A DNA stretch of 64,000 bases from Deltaproteobacteria bacterium (GCA_046583355.1 JAYGCM010000017.1:24162-88161), one strand, 5' to 3'. Shown: positions 9,766-19,852, counted from the stretch's first letter. Numbers and translations: made by a program. The notes: generated by a model not told the origin, from the letters alone.

Positions 9766-11186
9766 GGAGTTCTTCGCCCTCCCGGCCCTGGCGGCGCGCG
9801 CTTCTCCATCTGAGTCTGGGACTCCAATTGCTCCTGCCCTTGACGGGGCATGGCGCCTTTTCCGGGTCGCGCCCGGAGGTCGAGATCGGCGCCATCGAGA
9901 AGGTCATGCAGGCGTGGATCGCGGCTGTTCGGGAACGCGACGGTGCTGCCGGCGAGTTGCTGCTGAGTCGCTCCGCGAGAGAGTATTGGCCGGCCGTGCG
10001 AGAGCAGGCGCTTCACGCAACGGCCGATGAATTGCAGCTGCTGGGCCCACTGCGGCAGTTGCAGGTCATGTTGCTGCGCGGACTGACGGATGCCGATGCG
10101 CTGCGGGCCATGAGCAGCGCGGAATTGCTCGGCTTGGCGCTGGAGGCGGGTTTCCTGGGGCAGGATCTGCGCCGCAGCGACCTGCTGCGTGAGGTCCGCG
10201 TGTCCGAGGATCGTGCGGAGGGTCGCCTTTATAAATTGGGCCGTAGCGATCGACCGGATCGGGCGCTTCAGTATTTTCGCAAAGAACAGGGTTCGTGGCG
10301 GATCGATCTGCGCGGCGAGCACGAGCGGCTGCGACGCGGTTTTGACGCATTCGTCGTGCGCTCCGGCCTCTCGGCAGACGAGGCAGCCTTTTTTCTCCTC
10401 GAGGCGCGGCTGATGCGCAAGGTTGTCCCGACCGAGTTCGCCTCCCCGCTCTTGGTCGCAGGGATGGCTGCGGACCACGCGACGGATCCAGCAGCGGCAG
10501 CGGCGGAAGACCCGCGTACGCAGGAGCTTGTGCCACGGATCCGACTCGTCGCCTTGCGGCACGAAGAAAACGATCTTTCCGCCAGCGCGGCCACCCTGGA
10601 GGATCGTTGGGAATCGATGCGTTACGTACTTGAGGCCGGGGAGGCTTTGCCGACACATCCGGGTTTCGTTGTTGTCGAGATCGGCGCCCGGGACGTTGTT
10701 CTGCAGGGGCCATCGGGTCTGACCAGGCTGCCCCTCGACCTGGATGGACCGGCGCTGGGCGCGCGTCTGCGTTCGCCGCGTGGGGCTCATGCGGCATCGC
10801 TCGGCCTGCTCCACCATGCACGCCTTGGCGAGCAGCAAGAGGGAATGATGGCGTTGTGGCGAAATATCGGCTTGCGCGAGCGGCCGCAGCTTCTCCAGCA
10901 AGCTACCCTGGTCCCGGAATTCGGCCCGGGCAGGGCGGGCGAGCGCAGCCTCAAGGGCTTGCGCGTCCGGCGGATTGCCGAAGCGAGTTTCTGGGACCAA
11001 CTCGGTCTCAAGGACGGAGACCTGCTGACCTGGATGGATGGGGAGCCAATCGACTCCCTGGCGGCCTGGCAGCGCGTGATTGATCGGGCCGAGGTCGAGC
11101 GTAGAATAGCGATTCTCGTAGAGCGGGATGGCCGCGCTCTGGAGTTTCGTATCGAAACGATCGCGCCACATGGGGAAAGAGGGTGA
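9762..11186 (+). CDS. Secreted/periplasmic protein with C-terminal GspC-like PDZ domain
   Basis: ATGA overlap with upstream stop; signal peptide; GLRVRRIAEASFWDQLGLKDGDLLTWMDGEPI...ILVERDG resembles the GspC PDZ. Confidence 0.6.
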   Translation: MRSSSPSRPWRRALLHLSLGLQLLLPLTGHGAFSGSRPEVEIGAIEKVMQAWIAAVRERDGAAGELLLSRSAREYWPAVREQALHATADELQLLGPLRQLQVMLLRGLTDADALRAMSSAELLGLALEAGFLGQDLRRSDLLREVRVSEDRAEGRLYKLGRSDRPDRALQYFRKEQGSWRIDLRGEHERLRRGFDAFVVRSGLSADEAAFFLLEARLMRKVVPTEFASPLLVAGMAADHATDPAAAAAEDPRTQELVPRIRLVALRHEENDLSASAATLEDRWESMRYVLEAGEALPTHPGFVVVEIGARDVVLQGPSGLTRLPLDLDGPALGARLRSPRGAHAASLGLLHHARLGEQQEGMMALWRNIGLRERPQLLQQATLVPEFGPGRAGERSLKGLRVRRIAEASFWDQLGLKDGDLLTWMDGEPIDSLAAWQRVIDRAEVERRIAILVERDGRALEFRIETIAPHGERG

Positions 11187-13564
11187 GGCAGATGAGATCG
11201 TTGTTTCTATTCAGCCGGAGTCACACCATTCGGAACGGCCTGGGCGCTCTCGCCCTCGGCACGGCGCTTTTGACGGTTGCGCCGGCCGCGCTGGGAGAGG
11301 AGGTCGAGGCTCCGGCCGAGTTCGTCGAATCGATGGAAAAGCCCGCGATTGAGGAGATCGTCGTCCAGGCGCGCAAGCGTGCCGAGCTCATCGAGGATAC
11401 CCCGATTTCGGTGACTGCATTGGGCGAGGCCCGCCTGCGTGAAAACGGGGTAACCAGGCTCGACGATATTCAGCAGCTCGTGCCCAACCTCTCCTTCGGT
11501 CGCACGCCGGAAGGGCAGGATGCGCTGGTGCGCATCCGTGGCATTGGTACGCCGCGCGCCTCCGTGCAATTTGATCCGGGCGTCGGCATCTATGTCGATG
11601 GCGTCTTTCTCGCCCGGGCGCCGGGTGCCCTGATCGATGTGCTCGATGTGCAGCAGATCGAGGTTCTGCGCGGTCCGCAGGGGACCCTCTTCGGCAAGAA
11701 TACGGTTGGCGGGGCGATCAATATCTCTACGGTCAAACCGCACGAGGAACTGGAAGCCTTTGCCTTCGTGCGGCCGGGCAATTTCGATTTACTGAATGCG
11801 CGCATGATGCTGAATCTGCCGCTGGTCGAGGAGCGGCTGCTGGCGCGGGTCGCCTTCAGTTCGAATTCGCGATCGGGTTACGTCTACAACGCGTCGCGCG
11901 ACGAATACCTTTCGGACTACGATGCACTGAACTTCGTGGGCACCCTGCGCTACCTACCGCACGACGATTTCGTGGTGGACCTGACCGGCAGCTGGGCGCG
12001 TAGCCGGAGTCGGGGTCGAGGCGGCCGTTGTGTGTTCGTTCAGGAAGCCGGCCTGCAGAATTTGGCGCCCGGCTGGGCCGATGCATGCCGGAAATCGGAG
12101 CCCTTCCGTGTCGCGTCGAATGTGGCGCAATTGGTGGATAACGAAAGCTACGGCGCCTGGCTCACGGCTGCCTGGGAGCCCGGTGCACTGGGCATTTTCG
12201 AGGATCTGAGCCTGAGGTCGATCACCTCGTGGCGCGAGCAGATTCCACGGCTTCGTTCCGACTCGGATGGCACGAGCCTCGACGTCATCCGACTCTCTAC
12301 CGCGGGCGGTAGCCCTACCGATGGTAGTCCCGGTTTCGCCCGGCAGATCAGCCAGGAGCTCCAGCTGAACCTGCAGGCGTTCGACGACAGGCTCTCCTTT
12401 GTTGGGGGTGCCTTCGGGTATTGGGAGGAGGCGAAGATCGATCAGGTGCTGGTCGCCTTTCCGGGTGTTCTGGACCGATATACACGCACGCGGACTCGCA
12501 CCGATAATTGGAATTGGGCGCTCTATTCACAGGCGAGCTTCGATGCGACCGAGTGGCTCAGCCTGACGGCCGGGATGCGCTATACGACTGAAAAAAAAGC
12601 GTTGACGGCGGACGGCCGTGCGATCGACCCGGCGACCGGCGAGTTCCTTCCGGATGCGGTCCCGGATGTTGCAGGCAGCGGAGCGCAGACCTTCTCGGCG
12701 TGGACACCGATGGGGAGTATCGCGGCCATCGTTCCTGATGCTCATCTCGATGGGACGCCTATCGACCATCTGATGGTCTATTTCACCTACGCGCAGGGCT
12801 TCCGTGGCGGCGGCTTCAATGCGCTCGGAGCCACCGAGAGCGGCGGGCTCGAAGCCTTTGCTCCGGAGACGATGAACTCATTCGAGATCGGCACGAAACT
12901 GATCGGTGTCGACCGCCGGCTCACGGTCAATCTCTCTTTATTTCTCGGCAAATACGATGATATTCAAGTCACCTCCATCCGCGAAATCGGCGAGCCGGAC
13001 GGCGATGGTGTGCCGAATATCATCCAGCTCACCTTGAACGCGGCACGCGCCACGACAAAGGGCGTCGAGCTCGAAATCCATGCCATTCCCTTCGACGGCC
13101 TCGATGTGACGGGTTCGGTCGGCCTGATCGATGCGCGTTTCGACGAGTTCCTCGGGATCAGCGACCTCAGCGGCGAGCCGATCGATCGCTCCGGCCAGAC
13201 CTTTGACGAAACACCGGCATTGCAGACCTTCCTTGCGATCCAATACTCGCTGCCGCTCGAACTTGCGGGGCCGCTCTGGCTTGACGGATGGCTGACCCCA
13301 CGTATCGACTGGTCCTACCAGAGTTCCCAGAGGTTTGCGGGCCCGGAACTCGAAGCGGCGCGCCATCGCGGCTACAATCGGATCGGTGCACGCCTTGCCT
13401 ATTCCTTCAACGATGGAGCAGCGGAGGTGGCGCTATGGGGAAAGAACCTGACCAACGAAACATATTTCGGCAACAGCACCCCGATCGCCAATTTTTTCGG
13501 CCTGACCTTGCAGTATTATGAAGAGCCACGGACCTTCGGTGCCGAGTTGAGCTACCGCTTTTGA
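11183..13564 (+). CDS. TonB-dependent receptor
   Basis: TonB box IEEIVVQARK, plug motif IEVLRGPQGTLFGKNTVGGAINI, C-terminal PRTFGAELSYRF. Confidence 0.95.
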   Translation: MRQMRSLFLFSRSHTIRNGLGALALGTALLTVAPAALGEEVEAPAEFVESMEKPAIEEIVVQARKRAELIEDTPISVTALGEARLRENGVTRLDDIQQLVPNLSFGRTPEGQDALVRIRGIGTPRASVQFDPGVGIYVDGVFLARAPGALIDVLDVQQIEVLRGPQGTLFGKNTVGGAINISTVKPHEELEAFAFVRPGNFDLLNARMMLNLPLVEERLLARVAFSSNSRSGYVYNASRDEYLSDYDALNFVGTLRYLPHDDFVVDLTGSWARSRSRGRGGRCVFVQEAGLQNLAPGWADACRKSEPFRVASNVAQLVDNESYGAWLTAAWEPGALGIFEDLSLRSITSWREQIPRLRSDSDGTSLDVIRLSTAGGSPTDGSPGFARQISQELQLNLQAFDDRLSFVGGAFGYWEEAKIDQVLVAFPGVLDRYTRTRTRTDNWNWALYSQASFDATEWLSLTAGMRYTTEKKALTADGRAIDPATGEFLPDAVPDVAGSGAQTFSAWTPMGSIAAIVPDAHLDGTPIDHLMVYFTYAQGFRGGGFNALGATESGGLEAFAPETMNSFEIGTKLIGVDRRLTVNLSLFLGKYDDIQVTSIREIGEPDGDGVPNIIQLTLNAARATTKGVELEIHAIPFDGLDVTGSVGLIDARFDEFLGISDLSGEPIDRSGQTFDETPALQTFLAIQYSLPLELAGPLWLDGWLTPRIDWSYQSSQRFAGPELEAARHRGYNRIGARLAYSFNDGAAEVALWGKNLTNETYFGNSTPIANFFGLTLQYYEEPRTFGAELSYRF

Positions 13565-13580
13565 GGCAGGTGAGCTGGAA

Positions 13581-14234
13581 ATGAACATGACTTCCGCTAC
13601 GAGTTCGCCGATGCCGAAGAACATCTCAGCCCCGCGGCGCCCAGCCCAAACCAAGGCGAATCTTCGCCGTCGCGAGCGGATTCTTGAAGCGGCCGGGCGC
13701 TGCTTTGCCGAGCGCGGCGTAAAAGGCGCCACGATGGACGAGATCGCCGTGGCGGCCGACGTCTCGAAGCCCTTTATCTACAAGCACTTCGAGGGCAAGG
13801 ACCTCCTGGTCGAGGCGGTTCTGGCCGACGCGCTCGCCACCTGGGAGGAACGGACAGGCGAGGCGAGTTCCGCCAGTGGCACGGTCTGCGAGCGGCTCGC
13901 CGGGCGCATCCGCGCCGCGGTGGCTTTTGCCCGCGAACGGCCCGTGCTCGGAGCGATCCTGCGCCGTGACCACCGCTTGCTGCGATCCGGCTACGCTGAG
14001 CGCTTTCGCAAGGCGCGCGAGGCGAGCCTGGAGACCACGCGCGGGCTGCTGCGCGAGGGCATCCAGAGCAAGGAACTGCGCCAGGATCTCGATGTCGAAG
14101 GAACCACTCGCGCCATCGAATTACTGCATTTCTCCGTCGTCGAGGCATCGCTCGACGGCCACGCGATCACGGCCAGCGCCGGATTGCTCGAAGCGGCCAT
14201 CGACCTGATCTGCCGTGGCATCGTTGCCGGATAG
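13581..14234 (+). CDS. TetR/AcrR family transcriptional regulator
   Basis: RERILEAAGRCFAERGVKGATMDEIAVAADVSKPFIYKHFEGK HTH. Confidence 0.93.
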   Translation: MNMTSATSSPMPKNISAPRRPAQTKANLRRRERILEAAGRCFAERGVKGATMDEIAVAADVSKPFIYKHFEGKDLLVEAVLADALATWEERTGEASSASGTVCERLAGRIRAAVAFARERPVLGAILRRDHRLLRSGYAERFRKAREASLETTRGLLREGIQSKELRQDLDVEGTTRAIELLHFSVVEASLDGHAITASAGLLEAAIDLICRGIVAG

Positions 14235-14263
14235 GGTGCAAGAATTATTTTTTGGCTGGACGT

Positions 14264-15934
14264 CTAGTTGTTTCCGAGAAGCCGATCAGGGGCGAAAAAC
14301 TCAAGTGGGGTACCCTTGCGAGGGTGGCGGATCTTGAGCCGCTGGGCGTGCAGCATGAGCCGCTCGGCCGGCGGACCGCCGTAGAGCGCGTCGCCGACAA
14401 TGGGCGATCCAAGGCCGCGCGGGTCGGCCAGGTGGACGCGAAGCTGGTGCGTGCGGCCCGTCCGCGGGCTCAGAATCAGGCGGGTGGCAAAGCGAATTGT
14501 CTCAAGCCCGTTGGCTTGGGCCGCGTTCGGTCGGGATCTTGCGACGCCATCTGGATCGGCTGTCTCCGCAAGCACCCGCCAGTCGGTGACGGCTGGGCGG
14601 CCATGGTCCGGGTCGACTCGCTGGCGCGGCCGGTTGGCGGGGTCGCCGCAGAGCGGCAACTCGATGCGCCCCTCGGCCGTGCTCGGGCGGTCTCGAACCC
14701 ATGCGATATATTCTTTCTCGACCCGGCGCTCGGTGAACTCCGCTTGCAGCTGGCGCAGCGCGTCGGGGCTGCGGGCCAGCACGAGGATCCCCGAGGTGGC
14801 TTGGTCGAGGCGATGCGCCGCGCGCAGGAAGGCGTCTTCGGGGCGGAGTAGTTGTAATCTTGTCTCGACGCAATCGCGCGCCTCGAGATGCCGGCCCGGG
14901 GTAGAGAGCAGCCCGGCGGGCTTGTCGATCACGAGGAGATCTTCGTCTTCGAAAATCACCGCGATGGGTGGCTCCGGCTGCTCGTGCCCGCAGAGCAGGT
15001 GGCCCAGGATCGGGCCGCATTTTTCCTCGCACGGTGGGTAGAAGACGCCCGCCTCGCGCTCGGTCGAGGCCGGGCTCGGGCCCCACCAGAATTCGACCAG
15101 ACCGGTGGGCCGGATGCCGCGCAGGGCGGCCTCCTGGAGTAGCTTGGGGGCACAGCATTCCCCGCTCCCGGTCGGCACGGCGCCGCCCGGGAAGAATGTG
15201 CGCACGGGCTGGTAGAGGCCACGGAAGTTCAGCAGGCCATGCGCGGCATGCATGGCGGCTTGCAACTCCCGTGAACGCGCGGCGCGCTCGCGGCGCAATG
15301 CCAGACGCTGCTCGATGCGTGTCGAGAGTTCTTCTTGGAGTTCGCGGATGGAGTCGCGTCGGTCACGGCGCAGAGTCTTCAAGGCGGCGCGTAGACGCCC
15401 GCTCTCGAGGTCGAGTTCGGTCAGACGTGCGGTCGTTGCGGAGTCGGACGCTTGTTTCGCAAGCTGCGCGCGCTCACTCCTGCGCGAGTCTTTGCGTTGG
15501 GCGCGTTCGGTCTCCCGCATGGCGATTTCCGCGTCGAAGTCTCGCGTGCGCTCGGCGATCGCGGCGCGCACGCCGTCCGGGGAGAGTGCTTCGATCTTCT
15601 CGCTGAGCGTGCGCAGCCCGTGCAGCGTCCGTTCCTCCTCGGTCGCGGTCAGGTTGCCGCTACGGGTCGGTCCGACGAATCCGGGTGCGAAGGTGGCACC
15701 GGCCAGCATCCCCGAGAAGGCGCGTAGCTCCGTCTGTGCGCCGCTCGGGTCGCGGCCCACCAATACGCCGAGCATCTTGCCCTCCTTGGCAAAGAGCTTC
15801 GAGCCTTGGAGTTCAGATTGCAGGCCGCGTGCCGCCGCAAGCGCTTCGGCCGAAGCGGGCAGGCGGTGTTCCTTGCTGCAGACGCGGCAGAGGCCGCGGG
15901 TATCGCGCGCGGAGGGCACGCTCGGGCTTATCAT
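14264..15934 (-). CDS. RluA-family pseudouridine synthase with long N-terminal extension
   Basis: VIDKPAGLLS, HRLDQATSG, GRTHQLRVH, IVGDALYG, LMLHA; N-terminal GKMLGVLV, coiled coil, GECCAPKLL. Confidence 0.9.
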   Translation of the reverse strand: MISPSVPSARDTRGLCRVCSKEHRLPASAEALAAARGLQSELQGSKLFAKEGKMLGVLVGRDPSGAQTELRAFSGMLAGATFAPGFVGPTRSGNLTATEEERTLHGLRTLSEKIEALSPDGVRAAIAERTRDFDAEIAMRETERAQRKDSRRSERAQLAKQASDSATTARLTELDLESGRLRAALKTLRRDRRDSIRELQEELSTRIEQRLALRRERAARSRELQAAMHAAHGLLNFRGLYQPVRTFFPGGAVPTGSGECCAPKLLQEAALRGIRPTGLVEFWWGPSPASTEREAGVFYPPCEEKCGPILGHLLCGHEQPEPPIAVIFEDEDLLVIDKPAGLLSTPGRHLEARDCVETRLQLLRPEDAFLRAAHRLDQATSGILVLARSPDALRQLQAEFTERRVEKEYIAWVRDRPSTAEGRIELPLCGDPANRPRQRVDPDHGRPAVTDWRVLAETADPDGVARSRPNAAQANGLETIRFATRLILSPRTGRTHQLRVHLADPRGLGSPIVGDALYGGPPAERLMLHAQRLKIRHPRKGTPLEFFAPDRLLGNN

Positions 15935-16023
15935 GCGGCCCCCAGGTCTGCTGGCGTGGCCGTGGGTGGTGCTCGGGGCCGGCCCGTTTCCGCATTGGTC
16001 GGCCCGCATGGTAGGGCAGGAGC

Positions 16024-16785
16024 GTGGCACGCGAGGGCAGGCTGGCACGCGGCGTCTGGCTGGGGCCTCTCGTCGCGGTGATCGGATTGGTGACGTATTT
16101 CACCATCTTCTACCGCTGGCCGCTCACGCGTGATCTCCCCTGGCTGAATTTCCTTGTCATCGCCGCCGGTATCGCTTTGGCGTTCTCCGGCATGCGCGCG
16201 AGTCCCGGCACGGGCTGGCGTGCGGGAGTGGCGCGGCTTGCGGTGGGCGTAAGCTTGCTGCCGGCAGCCTTGCTCGCCTGGTACTCCTTCGTTTTCTCCG
16301 CCCAGATGCCGGCAACCGATTTGGCGGCGGGGCCCGGCACCGAACTCCCTGCGCTGATTCTGCTCGACGATAAAGGCGATGCTTTCCACCTCGGTATGGC
16401 GGGCGAGAAGCGCGCGCTGATCGTCTTCTATCGGGGCTTCTGGTGACCTTTCTGTCGTTCGGAGCTGCAGGGTCTGCAGTCACAGATAGATGATTTCACG
16501 AAGCGCGGCGTGCAGGTGATCGCCATCTCGCCCGATACGGTCGAGCAGAACGCGGGTGTTGTGGCTGACCTCGGACTCTCGTTTCCGATCCTCTCCGACC
16601 CGAACCTAGAACTGACCGACGCGCTCTCCTTGCGCCACACCGGCGCGTCTATCGAAGGCACGGATGTGCCTCGTCCGGCCACCTATTTTGTCGAGGGCGG
16701 TCGGGTTATCTGGGTTGATGTCACGGAAAATTACCGCATCCGGCCGCGGCCCGATGCATTGCTGGCCCGCATCCCGCCGGCTTGA
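16024..16785 (+). CDS. Peroxiredoxin-like (AhpC/TSA) selenoprotein with three N-terminal TM helices; TGA 16444-16446 read as Sec (U141)
   Basis: ORFs 16024..16446 and 16510..16785 are in one frame, separated only by TGA. Read-through gives FYRGFW-U-PFCRSEL...VIAISPD...FPILSD...PRPATY. SECIS-like hairpin directly downstream. Confidence 0.9.
16447..16489 (+). promoter_or_regulatory. Bacterial SECIS-like element 1
   Basis: Upper stem CTGCAG(16465-70)/CTGCAG(16474-79), loop GGT 24 nt after UGA; lower stem TCTGT(16451-55)/ACAGA(16482-86). Confidence 0.8.
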
Positions 16786-16849
16786 ACCGGCTCAGCTTTG
16801 TGCATCGGCAAATCGCCAATGATCCGCAAGTAAAATTTGGAGAACGTTC

Positions 16850-17233
16850 ATGAAAGCCTGGAAGATCATCACCCAACTCCTCGCCCTTTTCTTTCTCGTG
16901 CAGGGATTGAACTGGATCATCGACCCGAGAGGTGCGGCCGCCTCTCTGGGCATGCCATTGCTCGACGGCATCGGCCGCAGCACGCAGATCGGAGACTTCG
17001 CGGCCTTCTTTCTGTCCGTCGGCACGATGATCGCGATGGGGACCTACCCGGGCCAGGCGCAATGGCTCTATGGCGGCGCGCTACTGCTGGGTCTGGCGGC
17101 CATCATGCGAACGATGGCCGCGCTGGTTCACGGCGCTGATTTCGCTGTCATGCCGATCACGATTGAAACCTTATGTGCCGTCTTTCTTTGCGTCGCGGTG
17201 GGGAAGCTCAGAGCCAACGCGGCCGAAGCTTAG
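16850..17233 (+). CDS. Small 4-TM membrane protein (DUF4345-like)
   Basis: Four hydrophobic segments, 'DPRGAAASLGM...GRSTQIGDF'; GGAG RBS. Confidence 0.6.
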   Translation: MKAWKIITQLLALFFLVQGLNWIIDPRGAAASLGMPLLDGIGRSTQIGDFAAFFLSVGTMIAMGTYPGQAQWLYGGALLLGLAAIMRTMAALVHGADFAVMPITIETLCAVFLCVAVGKLRANAAEA

Positions 17234-19149
17234 CCTGCCCGGGGCGCCGAGCGCGCCTGCAGCCAGATGGCCGAGGAGACGGCGCGTTCCTGAATTGACG
17301 TGGGTGTCGGCGCGTCAATACCCCAATCTCGCGCATCGTAGGTTGACCAGCGCGGCGTAGGAATCTCAAGCACGCGGGCGTAATAGAAGGCTTCCTGCCC
17401 GGCGATATAATCGGGGTCGCGCCATAGGGCTTTGAGCGCGGCGGCGCCAATCGTATTGGTAAAGCTCGCCTCGGTCTCGTTGACCGTATTGCCGACAGGG
17501 CCCACGCGGTGCGTCGTAGCATCGGGCACTCGGCCGCCCGAGGCTTGGATATCGTAGATGCGCTCGAAGCTCTGCCCTTTGCCATCGACCCAGCCTTTGA
17601 TGATCTGGATGCGATCGAGGTTCGCACCCAGCGGGTCCTTCAACGCGGTGACGAGAAAGCTCGGGGTGGCTTCGCCCGGCGGCAATTCCCCGCCCATCGG
17701 TACGCCGCGTGCGAGTGCTTTTTCCACTTGCCGGGGATCGTCCAGGATCCCGGCGGGGAAGTCGCGGCTGGCGAAGAAGCGCAAGGTGATACGCGGCCCG
17801 GAGGTGGCGTAGGTCTCCTTGCGGCGCATGGCATCAAAGAGTGAAGCGCGGGTATTTTCCTCCGCCCAGACGGCGGCCAAGCCGGCGGCACTCCAGCGCC
17901 GCGCCCGGTTCTGACTCGCGGGCAGAAGCATGGTTTCGCCCAGGCGCAGCCCCGAGGTGCCGTCAATCATCGGCAGCTTGCCATGGTAATTGTCTTCTTC
18001 CACTGAAGAGCTCGCATTATGCGAGTCGCTGCTGCCGATGACACCGAAGCGGTAGGGGTTGAACCCGCGACGGGAGGACATCTCGAGGCCGCTGCGCAGG
18101 GCATCGCGCGCATAGCTGCCGCGCGGTTCGCTGAACGCGCCCGAGGCGCTGAGCAACTGGTCGAGAATCTCGAAGCCGGCGAACTCGTCTTTGTCGGAGA
18201 GTTGGGGGTGGGTCTCGGACGATCCCTTGACCTGAAAGATTTCACTGATCGGCTCGTTGCGCATTCGGGTGGCCGCGTAGTTCTCGCTCAGAGGGGAGCC
18301 GTCGAATTGGACGCGATCATACATCTTGCCGCCGCTCACGTTGCCGTTATGCGGGATGGCGATCATCTCCATGCCTTGACGGCGCTGTTCCTCGAGGGCA
18401 CGCCAGAGGTCCTCGGGATTGTCGGAGTCGAGCGAACTCACCGGGAAGTCCGGCACCTGCGCCGAGCGGTAGATGATATTGCGGTGGAGGTTCTTCTCCT
18501 GCGGCATCGAGGTCCACTCGTAGCCGAGGAAGGCGGTGAAACGGCCGGGCTCATTATGCCGCTCTGCGGTGGCGATGATATCTTCCCAGGCGCTGCGCGA
18601 GACATCCGTAGCGCCGCCGCCGAAGGCTTCCCGGCGCGTCTCCGAGCTGCCCATTTTTGTCAGTATCGTATAGAGAAAATTGGCCGTGATGCGCAGCGGA
18701 TTGCCGGTCTGCATGATTTCGCGCAGCGACAGTTCGGTGTCGCCCTCGGCCTCGTCGCGGGCGCGTGCGGCGCCGAGGAATTCGGCGTGATCGGTGACAG
18801 AGGCGAAGTCGAGAGGCCGCCAGGCGCGGATAGGGTAGCCGAGTGCATGCTCGATCGTGCCGCCCTTGGCATAGACGTAGACCTCCTCGGGCAGGGCGCG
18901 TACGCCGAGCGTATAGGCGTCGAAAGAGTGGCTGGAATGAATATGCAGGTCGCCCCAGAAAACGTTGCGGGTCTCCGTATGGCCCAGTTCGCGTAGTGGT
19001 GGGGGCGGTGCCTTGAGGCGCGGATTGTCGGCCGGCTCAAGCGTCGGGTCGTCCTTCGTGCAGGCCACAGCGACCAGGGCGAGAGCGAGAAAGAGCGCGG
19101 CGCAGGTTCCGGGCCGCCGCAGGGAAAGGGTAGGGGTCCGCGACATCAT
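17230..19149 (-). CDS. DUF3604-family PHP-like metallohydrolase, probable lipoprotein
   Basis: FWGDLHIHSSHSFDA, VTDHAE, NLHRNII, IPHNGN, GSSDSH, QERAVSSAIW; lipobox VAVA-C. Confidence 0.85.
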   Translation of the reverse strand: MMSRTPTLSLRRPGTCAALFLALALVAVACTKDDPTLEPADNPRLKAPPPPLRELGHTETRNVFWGDLHIHSSHSFDAYTLGVRALPEEVYVYAKGGTIEHALGYPIRAWRPLDFASVTDHAEFLGAARARDEAEGDTELSLREIMQTGNPLRITANFLYTILTKMGSSETRREAFGGGATDVSRSAWEDIIATAERHNEPGRFTAFLGYEWTSMPQEKNLHRNIIYRSAQVPDFPVSSLDSDNPEDLWRALEEQRRQGMEMIAIPHNGNVSGGKMYDRVQFDGSPLSENYAATRMRNEPISEIFQVKGSSETHPQLSDKDEFAGFEILDQLLSASGAFSEPRGSYARDALRSGLEMSSRRGFNPYRFGVIGSSDSHNASSSVEEDNYHGKLPMIDGTSGLRLGETMLLPASQNRARRWSAAGLAAVWAEENTRASLFDAMRRKETYATSGPRITLRFFASRDFPAGILDDPRQVEKALARGVPMGGELPPGEATPSFLVTALKDPLGANLDRIQIIKGWVDGKGQSFERIYDIQASGGRVPDATTHRVGPVGNTVNETEASFTNTIGAAALKALWRDPDYIAGQEAFYYARVLEIPTPRWSTYDARDWGIDAPTPTSIQERAVSSAIWLQARSAPRAG

Positions 19150-19226
19150 GGAGGATCTTATAACCTCTGCACCCGGCCTGCTATAGACGCGCTCACATAG
19201 ACGCTGTCGCAGCGAAGGAGTGGAAA

Positions 19227-19763
19227 ATGGCAACTACAGATGAACAACCCGATATGGCCGAATTGCTGCAGGCCGGCGCGACGCTGCCGACGCACGGCCT
19301 CACCGAGGCAATGCATATCGGCAAGGACGACCTGCCCTTTGTCGACCTCGGCGACGGCAGCACCCTGCAATTGCTCCAGGTCGATCTGAACCAAGGCCTT
19401 TGGGTGATCAATACTCGCTTCTCGCCGGGCTATAAGGTGCAGAAGCATTACCATACGGGCCCCGTATTCGCGGTGACCCATAGCGGGAGTTGGTACTATA
19501 AAGAGTACCCCGATGACGTGAATCGCGCTGGTTCGTATCTCTACGAGCCCGCTCATTCGGTGCATACGCTGATGGTATCGGAAGACAACGAAGGCGATAC
19601 CGAAGTCTGGTTTGCTATCAACGGTGCCAATATCAATATGGACGAAGAAGGTCGCGTCGTCGGCGTGGTCGATGCCCAGGGCGTCCTCGGCGTCTACCGG
19701 GCGCTATGCGAGGCGCAGGGGGTCTCGCACGAGAAGGTCATCGTGATCGGCGAGCCGAAATAG
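19227..19763 (+). CDS. Cupin, 2,4'-dihydroxyacetophenone dioxygenase-like
   Basis: KHYHTGPV...GSWYYKEY...GSYLYEPAHSVHTL; AGGAG RBS. Confidence 0.8.
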   Translation: MATTDEQPDMAELLQAGATLPTHGLTEAMHIGKDDLPFVDLGDGSTLQLLQVDLNQGLWVINTRFSPGYKVQKHYHTGPVFAVTHSGSWYYKEYPDDVNRAGSYLYEPAHSVHTLMVSEDNEGDTEVWFAINGANINMDEEGRVVGVVDAQGVLGVYRALCEAQGVSHEKVIVIGEPK

Positions 19764-19852
19764 CGAGCGGTAGGCGGGCGGCGTCTTCGAGCAGGCGGCG
19801 CAGCATTGGCGAAGAGCGTGTCCTTCCCGTACCCCTCACGGGGTAGGTGCCG

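Noticed and set aside
16510..16785. Separate 91-aa ORF
   Set aside because: It is the in-frame C-terminal half of the Prx-like selenoprotein.
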